A stretch of DNA of 44,019 bases from a virus (taxonomy: Duplodnaviria; Caudoviricetes). Within the stretch, counting starts at the first letter, position 1, and every line of letters begins with the position of its first letter. Shown here in pieces: positions 36,124-43,630 of the stretch. A program made the translations under genes and the position numbers. The notes beneath the pieces are model-generated. The model was given only the letters and a program-made list of their open reading frames with translations, was not told the origin of the DNA and searched no databases. The stretch spans positions 1 to 44,019 of IMG/VR virus record IMGVR_UViG_3300005077_000034; one strand, 5' to 3'.

Positions 36124-36570
36124 ATGTTCGAAAAAACAATGGAATACGTGTTTTACAAGCGGATGATCATCCTCATCCATGGGATGCTTCCATGGGCGAG
36201 GATGATGGCCCCGTACGGCGAGGGGCCTTTGAGCTACGCGAAAAGAACGCTCGATGAAATGAAGAAGAGGGATGGGGCCGCCGCGGCGGTCGCACAGGCG
36301 CTCCTCCTGACGGAGCTCTATGCTCCGGACAGGATGTCCGGGATGGCGAGCAAGATCAACGCCACCGCAGAGGAGGCGGATTCCCGCCATGTGTTTGTGG
36401 TGGTGAAGACGCACGAGTCAATGGGGGTGGCAAAAACACGCGTATTCCAAAAGGGGGAATCCCTCCGCCGATACCTCCGCATGGAGGGGGTGGAAGAGGA
36501 AAGCCTGGAAAAGGAAGTCATTGTCCTTGGAGATTACGTATACGTAATCTCCGAGGAGATCGCGGGGTAA
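36124..36570 (+). CDS. hypothetical protein
   Basis: ORF with coding-like composition; start uncertain (36100 or 36124). Confidence 0.6.
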   Translation: MFEKTMEYVFYKRMIILIHGMLPWARMMAPYGEGPLSYAKRTLDEMKKRDGAAAAVAQALLLTELYAPDRMSGMASKINATAEEADSRHVFVVVKTHESMGVAKTRVFQKGESLRRYLRMEGVEEESLEKEVIVLGDYVYVISEEIAG

Positions 36571-36572
36571 AT

Positions 36573-36621
36573 CCCAGACGTGGTACTGGATAACCACGTT
36601 AAACACCAGTAGTTCCATCAG
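36573..36621 (+). ncRNA. putative pseudoknot RNA element, copy 2
   Basis: Same stem; loop ACTGG pairs with downstream CCAGT, with compensatory changes relative to copy 1. Confidence 0.55.
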
Positions 36622-36646
36622 TGTGCCTATCTACAAATAGACATAC

Positions 36647-36992
36647 TGATGGGCCTTGGCACAGCATGATGGGCCTTTGGCACAGCAATAACGACCCATG
36701 AGATAACTACACCATACTCATGGGCAACGCGGTGCCCGATAAGAGGCAGGCAATGTGGGTGCAGCCACACCCTGCCCGCCCTATCACTATGTCTATACAC
36801 ATAACACATAGGCATAGTAATAGGGTGACATTTATCACCCTTTTTGCTATGACTGTCATATTTTGACAGTCTCTGTTATAGCAAAATAGCCCAGAAAAGA
36901 CTTAGAAAACAGGTCATTTGACCTGTTTTTCTGTTTTACAAGGCTGTTTTGCTTAGTTATGGTCATGATAACTATAAATTATCGAGACCATA
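36647..36992. other. non-coding region dense in inverted repeats plus one tandem repeat
   Basis: Tandem TGATGGGCCTT(T)GGCACAGCA x2 and at least seven inverted repeats. Confidence 0.6.
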
Positions 36993-37006
36993 GAAAGGAA
37001 CAATAA

Positions 37007-37303
37007 ATGAGCAAAGAAATAGTAATCGTGGGCTGGTTTAAGGACCAGCTCTTATATAGTTACCACTCCCCAGGGCTGGGGGACGTGGTAATTATTGCGC
37101 TCGATTTTGAGCGCAATGCCTTCCGTGCGCACAACAAACGCACGGAAGAGATACTGGCATCCGGCTCTTTTGATCCGATGCTGTCGATCGGGGCCGCGCG
37201 CCACGATATTGAAGAACGGGTCGATTACAAGATCGCGGAACTTCAATATCTGGAGGACGCGGCAGACGCCGCTGGAGACCTGATGGTCTCCCAATTTGGA
37301 TAA
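37007..37303 (+). CDS. hypothetical early protein
   Basis: AAAGGA RBS, 98 aa. Confidence 0.7.
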   Translation: MSKEIVIVGWFKDQLLYSYHSPGLGDVVIIALDFERNAFRAHNKRTEEILASGSFDPMLSIGAARHDIEERVDYKIAELQYLEDAADAAGDLMVSQFG

Positions 37304-37312
37304 GGAGAATAG

Positions 37313-37567
37313 ATGATGAAAATACTCTGGCGCTTCAACTGCCAGATGTTCTATATCCACGTCACAAAGCGGTCGATAGTGATGTGGACAAACACGGGAG
37401 TGTCGAAGAAATTCGGCGCCTCCCTTCGTATAGGGTTCCCAGAACTGTGCGGGAACTACATCTGGGTGGGCGACTATGAAGGAGAGAATGGCCTCTCCTT
37501 TAATTTGAATTGGGGGATTAATTTTGTCTGGAAAGGAGCATGGCTGCGCTACCTTCCAGAATACTAA
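37313..37567 (+). CDS. hypothetical early protein
   Basis: TAAGGAG RBS, 84 aa, aromatic-rich. Confidence 0.65.
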   Translation: MMKILWRFNCQMFYIHVTKRSIVMWTNTGVSKKFGASLRIGFPELCGNYIWVGDYEGENGLSFNLNWGINFVWKGAWLRYLPEY

Positions 37568-37618
37568 TGCGTTCGTTCTGCCCATCACATCTGTGGCGGG
37601 CAGAGCGGCACTCATTAG
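37564..37618. repeat. 55-bp hairpin direct repeat, copy 1
   Basis: Identical to 37971-38025; begins at a stop codon. Confidence 0.9.
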
Positions 37619-37647
37619 AGTGACTATCGAAGTGTGGGAGAAATGAA

Positions 37648-37974
37648 ATGACTTTCTGGAAAGAACTGAATATTTCAGAAGGCGTCGCTTCGGTGGCGTG
37701 CGACGGGGCCGATATTAAGGCGGTCTACTGTCCTCACCAGGGCCTGTGGGCCGTGTCGACCCGCCACACCGTTGCGGTCTATGAGGACCGCGATCTCGTC
37801 ATCGCGATGTTTTTTAATGCGATGACGAAGCCGGTGTACACATCGCCGGCTTTTGCCCAGATCGTCCACCGGGGGATCAAGAAAGCCCTCCTGGATGAGG
37901 AGCTCCGGGCCAAGAAAGAGGCCAAGAAAGAGTACAGGGCGTTTAACGATGTCCTGTACGATGGCCCCCGCTAA
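37648..37974 (+). CDS. hypothetical early protein flanked by 55-bp repeats
   Basis: GGGAG RBS, 108 aa. Confidence 0.7.
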   Translation: MTFWKELNISEGVASVACDGADIKAVYCPHQGLWAVSTRHTVAVYEDRDLVIAMFFNAMTKPVYTSPAFAQIVHRGIKKALLDEELRAKKEAKKEYRAFNDVLYDGPR

Positions 37975-38025
37975 TGCGTTCGTTCTGCCCATCACATCTG
38001 TGGCGGGCAGAGCGGCACTCATTAG
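37971..38025. repeat. 55-bp hairpin direct repeat, copy 2
   Basis: Identical to 37564-37618. Confidence 0.9.
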
Positions 38026-38050
38026 TGAGTGACTATTGCAACAAGGAGAA

Positions 38051-38260
38051 ATGGAAATGAGCAAGACATGGAAAGATGGCAAGGTTTTCATGGTTATTCC
38101 GGCGGAATTCTGCCCGGAAGAAAACGTAACCATGCCGCCCGTTCCCGCTGAAATTAAGCGAGAGAACGAGGGGCGCGTGCTCCGCATGGAGCCATACACG
38201 CGCTCAGAGCGGCGCGCATGGAAGGAGGATGCCTGGAACGAGGCATATACCATCATCTAG
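38051..38260 (+). CDS. hypothetical early protein
   Basis: AAGGAG RBS; ATG at 38051 or 38057. Confidence 0.65.
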   Translation: MEMSKTWKDGKVFMVIPAEFCPEENVTMPPVPAEIKRENEGRVLRMEPYTRSERRAWKEDAWNEAYTII

Positions 38261-38268
38261 TCTTTAAT

Positions 38269-38358
38269 GGCGGGTAACGGGAGAGTTTGGAGCGCAGAGA
38301 GGGCCGGGAGAGGGCCCTCTTTGCGCGTATGCAGGGGTTCGAGTCCCCTGCCCCGCCT
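38269..38358 (+). ncRNA. tRNA-like RNA lacking a normal anticodon arm
   Basis: GGCGGG/CCCGCC closing stem, D-loop-like AGTTTGG, T-arm GCAGGGG-TTCGAGT-CCCCTGC, central 14-bp hairpin; no CCA. Confidence 0.55.
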
Positions 38359-38380
38359 GTGCTGTATCTTCCCCGGACCT

Positions 38381-38394
38381 CTCCCCCGGGGGAG
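38381..38394. repeat. CTCCCCCGGGGGAG palindrome, intergenic
   Basis: Exact copy. Confidence 0.9.
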
Positions 38395-38468
38395 AAAATC
38401 ACACATCAGAAAGGAGGTGATATATCGGCTTCCGTGGGGAGAGGAAATAAACCCACAGAGGAGGGCAC

Positions 38469-39749
38469 ATGCCCAAGTTTAACGAAATGACTGAGTTGGA
38501 AATCGAGGCTTTCATCGACGCTCGCCAGGAGTCCACAAATTTTGACGAGCAGTCGGAGCTTATCGAGGCCATTATGTACCTCGATTCGCTCGGCGCGAAG
38601 AAGGCCGAGAGCAATGTCGTTTCCGTGGAAGCCAACCATTCAAACAAGGAGAGCAACATGAATATCAACGTGAGCAATGTAGGTACAAAAGCAGTGGCGG
38701 CAGCAGCAGTCAGCATCACCAAGGAAAACGTGCTCCAGGCTGAATCCGGCAAGAAGTTCCTGGCCGAAATCTCGCTCGCCGAGCTGAAGCAGCATATCGT
38801 CATAGTTACTGACGATAAAACCGGCGAAGAGACACAGATGATTGCGGTATTTGGCAATCTTCCCGCTGAGCGCCTGAACGACTCAGAGGGGCGGTACTGC
38901 GATTTCTACAGCGACTACGAGGACTGCAAGCGCGTAGCCCGTGGCGTTGGCCTGCAACTGGCCGGCGCCGTGCAGGATGACGGCGCGGTAAAGACCAACT
39001 CCGGGTCTGTTTACTTGGTAGACGACGGATGCCGCAAGATCGTTTTCGGCAAGCCTATCGTTGGCTTCGACGGCAGTGTGACACGCCGCCAGAAGTTCGA
39101 AGTGTGTGAAGGGCGTGTTGTAAAGCGTATGGAAAACGGGAAGTTCTACCCCGTTGTACGCACGGATGATTTCGGCAACAAGTCCGTGGTGATGGCGAGC
39201 CTCTGCAAGCACGAGGCGGCGTCCACCGCCGAACACCGTTTCTTCGCCATGCCGCGCAAGTACCACGAGATGGTGCTTGCGGCGATGGCCGCCGAGGTTG
39301 GCGATGCGGACGCCCGCGCGTGGGCAGATGCCTATTATGCCGAGAAGGGCGAGGCCTATGCCGAACGCCAGATGGCAAACAAGGTATTCAAGATGGCAAA
39401 GAACGACGCCATTAACCGGGGCGATGTTGGCTCCGATGGACGCCTTCTGCCCGCTAACGCCATTCTTTCGCTGCCGTTCTACAAGCTCGAGGACGGCATC
39501 TTCAACGAAACTGGCGAAACTGTTGCCGACGCTATTACCGGCACCGCCCGCGGCCGTTCGTTCTGGCTGAAGGTGGCACATCCGCTCGTGAACCCTGACA
39601 CCGGCGAGGATACCGGCAAGGTAGGTCTGGCCGGCTTCATTGCCGGTTGCAGCAATGTCAATGACGTTGCCAAGAAGGGGGCCACGCTGTACCGTGCATA
39701 CGGGGATCAGATGATGGTCTACGAGGTTCATGTGATGGGCCTCAAGTAA
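38469..39749 (+). CDS. hypothetical protein (426 aa), possible internal start at 38658
   Basis: GGAGG RBS; strongly biased codon usage; second AAGGAG before ATG at 38658. Confidence 0.75.
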   Translation: MPKFNEMTELEIEAFIDARQESTNFDEQSELIEAIMYLDSLGAKKAESNVVSVEANHSNKESNMNINVSNVGTKAVAAAAVSITKENVLQAESGKKFLAEISLAELKQHIVIVTDDKTGEETQMIAVFGNLPAERLNDSEGRYCDFYSDYEDCKRVARGVGLQLAGAVQDDGAVKTNSGSVYLVDDGCRKIVFGKPIVGFDGSVTRRQKFEVCEGRVVKRMENGKFYPVVRTDDFGNKSVVMASLCKHEAASTAEHRFFAMPRKYHEMVLAAMAAEVGDADARAWADAYYAEKGEAYAERQMANKVFKMAKNDAINRGDVGSDGRLLPANAILSLPFYKLEDGIFNETGETVADAITGTARGRSFWLKVAHPLVNPDTGEDTGKVGLAGFIAGCSNVNDVAKKGATLYRAYGDQMMVYEVHVMGLK

Positions 39750-39766
39750 GTAGTTGATGTTCATTC

Positions 39767-39793
39767 GGGGGAGGGGCGCAAGCCCTTCCCCCC
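39767..39793 (+). terminator. GC-rich hairpin after the 426-aa gene
   Basis: GGGGGAGGGGC-GCAA-GCCCTTCCCCC; weak U-tract. Confidence 0.5.
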
Positions 39794-39956
39794 TCCTTAA
39801 AGGCCGCCAAGTTTTATTGGCGTCCTTTTAGGGGGCACAATATCATATAGGTTTTCGCTCAGGCGATAGTTTCAATGCGCGACGCAACTATCAGCCGACT
39901 AGTATTTATCCGTGACACGGTCTTTGGACGGATAAATGGTTTCTCAGGAGATGAAA

Positions 39957-40148
39957 ATGGATATATTATTTGGACTTGCCGCAATATTGTTCATGTTTCT
40001 TCTTGTCGCCGCCATTGGCGATACGAGCCCATCATCTGGTGGAGGCACTGGGGATCCCCGATACGACGCCCTGAAGCGATACCAGAAGCTCGACGGGCTC
40101 GATGGCGAATTCGATGGCGACATCCACTTCAGCGACTGGCTCAAGTAG
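39957..40148 (+). CDS. small membrane-anchored protein
   Basis: AGGAG RBS; N-terminal hydrophobic helix and acidic tail. Confidence 0.6.
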   Translation: MDILFGLAAILFMFLLVAAIGDTSPSSGGGTGDPRYDALKRYQKLDGLDGEFDGDIHFSDWLK

Positions 40149-40164
40149 CCAAAGTAGAAATATC

Positions 40165-40647
40165 ATGGATAAATACGCATTAGAAATTAATGAACACGGA
40201 ACGATGATGGTCAGCAGAAGTGAAGATCCCACAAGCAAGTGGAATTCTGGGACCACACTCAAAGACGGATTCGACAGCTACGCGGAGGCCTGGGACTGGT
40301 GCAGCACTCCGGAGGCTTGGCTTTTGGGCTATTCCCTTGGTTATATTTCCATTCAGAATATGGAATGGTGTATCGACCTGATCACTACCAGGCACGAGGG
40401 GGCTATCGAGTGGCTGCGCCAGCAGGGCGTAATGGCCCCGGTGAAGCAAGATAACGCCACGGCTGAGGATGTAACCGGCAAGATAGTATGCGGTGTTTTG
40501 CCAATGCACTTGGCTGCGCTGACAGAATACTTCATCAGTATTGATATCCCCAACATGCCGGCTGACAAGCGTGCCCTTGAGCTCACGGCTGAAGAAATGT
40601 ATCAGTACGGAGCCTACCTCTCGATTTATAAAGTTACAAAGATGTAA
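40165..40647 (+). CDS. Csx16 (Cas_VVA1548)-like protein with N-terminal extension; putative ring nuclease / anti-CRISPR
   Basis: C-terminal approx. 90 aa: TRHEGAIEWL..G.LPMHLAA..R..ELTAEEM..YGA.L..YKV, matching the Csx16 pattern from memory. Confidence 0.7.
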   Translation: MDKYALEINEHGTMMVSRSEDPTSKWNSGTTLKDGFDSYAEAWDWCSTPEAWLLGYSLGYISIQNMEWCIDLITTRHEGAIEWLRQQGVMAPVKQDNATAEDVTGKIVCGVLPMHLAALTEYFISIDIPNMPADKRALELTAEEMYQYGAYLSIYKVTKM

Positions 40648-40650
40648 TTT

Positions 40651-40664
40651 CTCCCCCGGGGGAG
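40651..40664. repeat. CTCCCCCGGGGGAG palindrome, intergenic
   Basis: Exact copy 3 nt after the stop codon. Confidence 0.9.
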
Positions 40665-40683
40665 CTCATTGTTGATTAAGCAC

Positions 40684-40817
40684 GTGAACATTGGTACACT
40701 TTCTTCCGTGAACCTTTGTTCATCATGGTGAACAGATGTTCGTGAACTCTTGTTCATATGAACGTCTGTTCATCTTTGTGCGTGAACGTTTGTTCTGTAC
40801 AGTGAACAAGTGTTCAT
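40684..40817. promoter_or_regulatory. array of seven RTGAAC-N4-GTTCAY operator-like palindromes
   Basis: Boxes start at 40684, 40708, 40728, 40742, 40758, 40782 and 40802. Confidence 0.75.
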
Positions 40818-40833
40818 GCTAACGGAGGCTGAG

Positions 40834-41052
40834 ATGCCCAACAAACTGTTTGAAGTCGGTTGCGAAGTCGAAAATGAGGGGCGGATCGTCCGCGTGAGGT
40901 ATCTCACGACTGATGATTATGCCGTGGATCAGTGGGATGCCCAGCTCCAGGCCATTGATTTGGCCAGAATGGTGTACCCAAACAGCAATGTGGGGCCGGC
41001 GGCCATGGCGGACATGTCGATTATCAACCTGAGGGGGAGGGTTGTCGCATGA
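40834..41052 (+). CDS. hypothetical protein downstream of the operator array
   Basis: GGAGG RBS then ATG at 40834 (MPNKLFEV). Confidence 0.65.
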   Translation: MPNKLFEVGCEVENEGRIVRVRYLTTDDYAVDQWDAQLQAIDLARMVYPNSNVGPAAMADMSIINLRGRVVA

Positions 41053-41187
41053 TTATTGGCATAATGGCATAAAAAAACAAAGAATATTGCCTGAGAGGGC
41101 TCGCAGGGGAGGGGAGCCATCATTTCCCTCCCCTAACAGCCTCCGTCAATCAGAGCCGTATGCATATCTCATCAAAAGGAGAGAGCA

Positions 41188-41409
41188 ACAGAAAAGCTGT
41201 ATGACGTTCCCGTTTTTGATCTAATCACAAATGAAGAGGCTCACTACTCTATCGCAGGTTATGACTGCTCACATGTATTAGCTATAGCTTTAAATAGATA
41301 TTCCCTGAAGCATATGCATCCATGTGTTGGAATTGTAGAGCACATCAATGTCATTGATCGCGATTATGAAAACAGGAAGTTGAATTCACCTTTAAATGAG
41401 ATGAAATGA
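41188..41409 (+). pseudogene. approx. 70-codon ORF with strong RBS but no canonical start
   Basis: AAGGAG at 41176-41181 is followed by ACA/CTG instead of ATG; frame open to TGA at 41407-41409. Confidence 0.3.
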
Positions 41410-41425
41410 ACCTGGGAGATAAATC

Positions 41426-41689
41426 ATGAGCGTTATGAACTATATCAAGAGAGCTTTGTTGCTTGTTATCTCACGCCTTACTGGATATGACCCCAAGTCC
41501 GAGTATGGATGAAGTTATCAGAAGAACCTATGGGGGGACAAGTATACAGATGATAACAATATCTGGATTGATATTCAGATGGGAAAGAACCATTCCTATA
41601 TGAATATATGCAAAGGATGGATACGTATAGGACGCATTGAAGCTGATATGCATTTACATCAAATTGGAGGTGAATATGAATCGAGATAG
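41426..41689 (+). pseudogene. ORF interrupted by one in-frame TGA
   Basis: GGGAG RBS; MSVMNY..SEYG*SYQKNLWG..ESR* with TGA at 41510-41512; fills the gap between neighbours. Confidence 0.45.
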
Positions 41690-41873
41690 AGAAATGAGAG
41701 AGCATGAAATGCAGCAACACCGAGAGTATCTCAAGAATCTTAATGAGCAGAGAAAGTCTCTTGTAAAAGAGCATCAATTCCAGGAAAAGATATTCGCCGA
41801 AAAACTGGGGCGACTCGATAACATCATCAACAAAGTACAAGGATTTATCGAAATCCTCATGTCTGAGGAATAG
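41676..41873 (+). CDS. small coiled-coil protein
   Basis: GGAGGT RBS, ATG at 41676. Confidence 0.7.
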   Translation: MNRDREMREHEMQQHREYLKNLNEQRKSLVKEHQFQEKIFAEKLGRLDNIINKVQGFIEILMSEE

Positions 41874-41884
41874 AAAGGGAAACT

Positions 41885-42070
41885 ATGACTAACTTGAAAG
41901 AAGTTTTAATGCAAGAAATGCCCAAGCATGAGGCCGAGGAACAGATTAAGGAGGCCAAAGAAAAACTTAATGAGATGCTCGCCAATGGCGAGGATCCATC
42001 AGATTTGATGGAAGAAATGTTTGGTCTTGAACCGGATTATCTGGAAGACATCTTGTTTGACATTATTTAA
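41885..42070 (+). CDS. small acidic hypothetical protein
   Basis: 61 aa; ends with FGLEPDYL..L. Confidence 0.7.
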   Translation: MTNLKEVLMQEMPKHEAEEQIKEAKEKLNEMLANGEDPSDLMEEMFGLEPDYLEDILFDII

Positions 42071-42084
42071 CTCCCCCGGGGGAG
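42071..42084. repeat. CTCCCCCGGGGGAG palindrome, intergenic
   Basis: Exact copy between a stop codon and the next RBS; one-mismatch copy at 42643-42656. Confidence 0.9.
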
Positions 42085-42098
42085 AAAAGGAGAATAAC

Positions 42099-42668
42099 AT
42101 GAGCGCATTTGTGGTTTCTATGGAGCACATCAATGCAATACTTCAAAGATATGAGCCTACTCCTGAGTTGAGTTTCGAACAGGCTGGCCAGCTATTAATT
42201 GACTGGAACTTCAAGTCAGTTAATTACAGATATGGAGAAAATGCTGAGCCGTATCGCTTTTATAAGATTCCGATCAAGAAACTATCTGATGTTCAGATAT
42301 ACAAAGCAATAAATTGCTATGAATATCAATCTTGTGAACATACAGATTATTTCTCCAGCGAGGCAAGCGCTTTAATTAAAAACATAGTGTCCACCTTATC
42401 CGATGAATTTAGTCCATCGGAGTATGAAGAAGCCGAATGGTCTATCGAGGGCAAAAAGTGGCACGCTGATGAAACACTTGTTTCAAAAACAGAAAATGCC
42501 ATGTGTGCCATCGATGCCGTCTATAGTATGTTGATTAATCATTTGGACTCCGCCGGCAAAGACAAGTCGCTTATCGAAATGATCAGTAATGAGCTTACAA
42601 CCGCCTGGGATATTCTGGATGATCTCAGAGATAAATTTGATTCTCCCCCAGGGGAGAAAGGAGAATAA
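42099..42668 (+). CDS. conserved-type phage hypothetical protein (MSAFVVS..HI..N..SVNYRY..CYEYQSCE) with extra C-terminal helical domain
   Basis: AAGGAG RBS, ATG at 42099. Confidence 0.7.
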   Translation: MSAFVVSMEHINAILQRYEPTPELSFEQAGQLLIDWNFKSVNYRYGENAEPYRFYKIPIKKLSDVQIYKAINCYEYQSCEHTDYFSSEASALIKNIVSTLSDEFSPSEYEEAEWSIEGKKWHADETLVSKTENAMCAIDAVYSMLINHLDSAGKDKSLIEMISNELTTAWDILDDLRDKFDSPPGEKGE

Positions 42669-42670
42669 TC

Positions 42671-42955
42671 ATGAATGACAAATTTATCAAATGTAAATGT
42701 GGATCTGAGATGTTAGCTCTTTCGGCCTGGGAAGATGAAAGGATTATGTATATTTCCATTTGGTCATACGGAGACCGATACAAACTATCTCTACGAGATC
42801 GAATCTACTGGGCATGGAAAGTCCTCACTACGGGACGATCTACAACAGATCAGATGGTACTTGGACATTACGAGATGATAATTCTAAAGAATTTTATTAT
42901 CCAAGAATTTGATCGCTGGACCGCCCAAGACAAGAAGGAGAATTCAAATGACTAA
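42671..42955 (+). CDS. hypothetical protein
   Basis: AAGGAG RBS; N-terminal FIKCKCGSE. Confidence 0.7.
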   Translation: MNDKFIKCKCGSEMLALSAWEDERIMYISIWSYGDRYKLSLRDRIYWAWKVLTTGRSTTDQMVLGHYEMIILKNFIIQEFDRWTAQDKKENSND

Positions 42956-43304
42956 AGAATTGAAGGACAAAATTGAAAACGCAATAACTCTCACCGATGC
43001 TCTATATTATGTGGTTCTTCGCGATACAGATTTCGATCCAGAAGAACTTAATACAATTTGGGATGCCCTGGATAAGGCCAGGGAATATCTCGTTAAGAAA
43101 ACCAGATACTCTGAAGAAGAGCGCCGTGCACTCGTAAACGTGGCCATCGCGCAAATGATGAAAACAATCTGTGCTTCAGTCAATTACGAATACCATGGCA
43201 TAGAATTCCTGGCCCAAATTAGGGACTATGTTGTAAACATCGTTTCTGAACTGGCGTATATCGATAAAGAGGTTGTATACCCGAAAGGAGAAAATCATGG
43301 ATGA
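42948..43304 (+). CDS. hypothetical helical protein
   Basis: AAGGAG RBS, ATG at 42948. Confidence 0.7.
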   Translation: MTKELKDKIENAITLTDALYYVVLRDTDFDPEELNTIWDALDKAREYLVKKTRYSEEERRALVNVAIAQMMKTICASVNYEYHGIEFLAQIRDYVVNIVSELAYIDKEVVYPKGENHG

Positions 43305-43572
43305 TTATGAGCTGGACGCATTTGAAGAAAAGTTTGTGAACGATGGGGCAAGCTATTGTCCTATCTGTAATTCTGCTGAAATCGAATATGGAGTAGACGA
43401 ACATGAGGGTGATCCGCCCAATTTCTTTATGGATGTTAAATGCATCGATTGTGGCAGTGAGTGGGAAGCAATCTTTACCCGCCACCAAGACGAATGGGGG
43501 GATTACGCCATCATGACTGATGTGAATCTGGAAAATCTCAGGCAACAATTACCCGAAAAGGAGATGAAATGA
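43297..43572 (+). CDS. zinc-ribbon protein
   Basis: CPIC..CIDC pairs; AAGGAG RBS. Confidence 0.7.
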   Translation: MDDYELDAFEEKFVNDGASYCPICNSAEIEYGVDEHEGDPPNFFMDVKCIDCGSEWEAIFTRHQDEWGDYAIMTDVNLENLRQQLPEKEMK

Positions 43573-43630
43573 GACAGTATTATATTCCAACTTTAATCAT
43601 GAAGGATGCTATATCCCAAGGAGGGATCAA

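Noticed and set aside
37564-38025. CRISPR array or true integron attC sites
   Set aside because: Only two repeats, 407 bp apart with a gene between; ends are TAAT/ATTA rather than AAC/GTT, and no integrase is in the window.
38269-38358. Canonical tRNA gene
   Set aside because: No D-stem, no standard 5-bp anticodon arm and no CCA; kept only as tRNA-like.
38883-39764. 293-aa minus-strand ORF
   Set aside because: Antisense shadow of the codon-biased 426-aa gene.
40684-40817. CRISPR mini-array next to the Csx16-like gene
   Set aside because: Units are 16-bp palindromes with gaps under 10 bp, not repeat-spacer units.
41510-41512. Alternative genetic code (TGA reassigned)
   Set aside because: Long genes are intact under code 11 and many end in TGA with tight coupling to the next gene.
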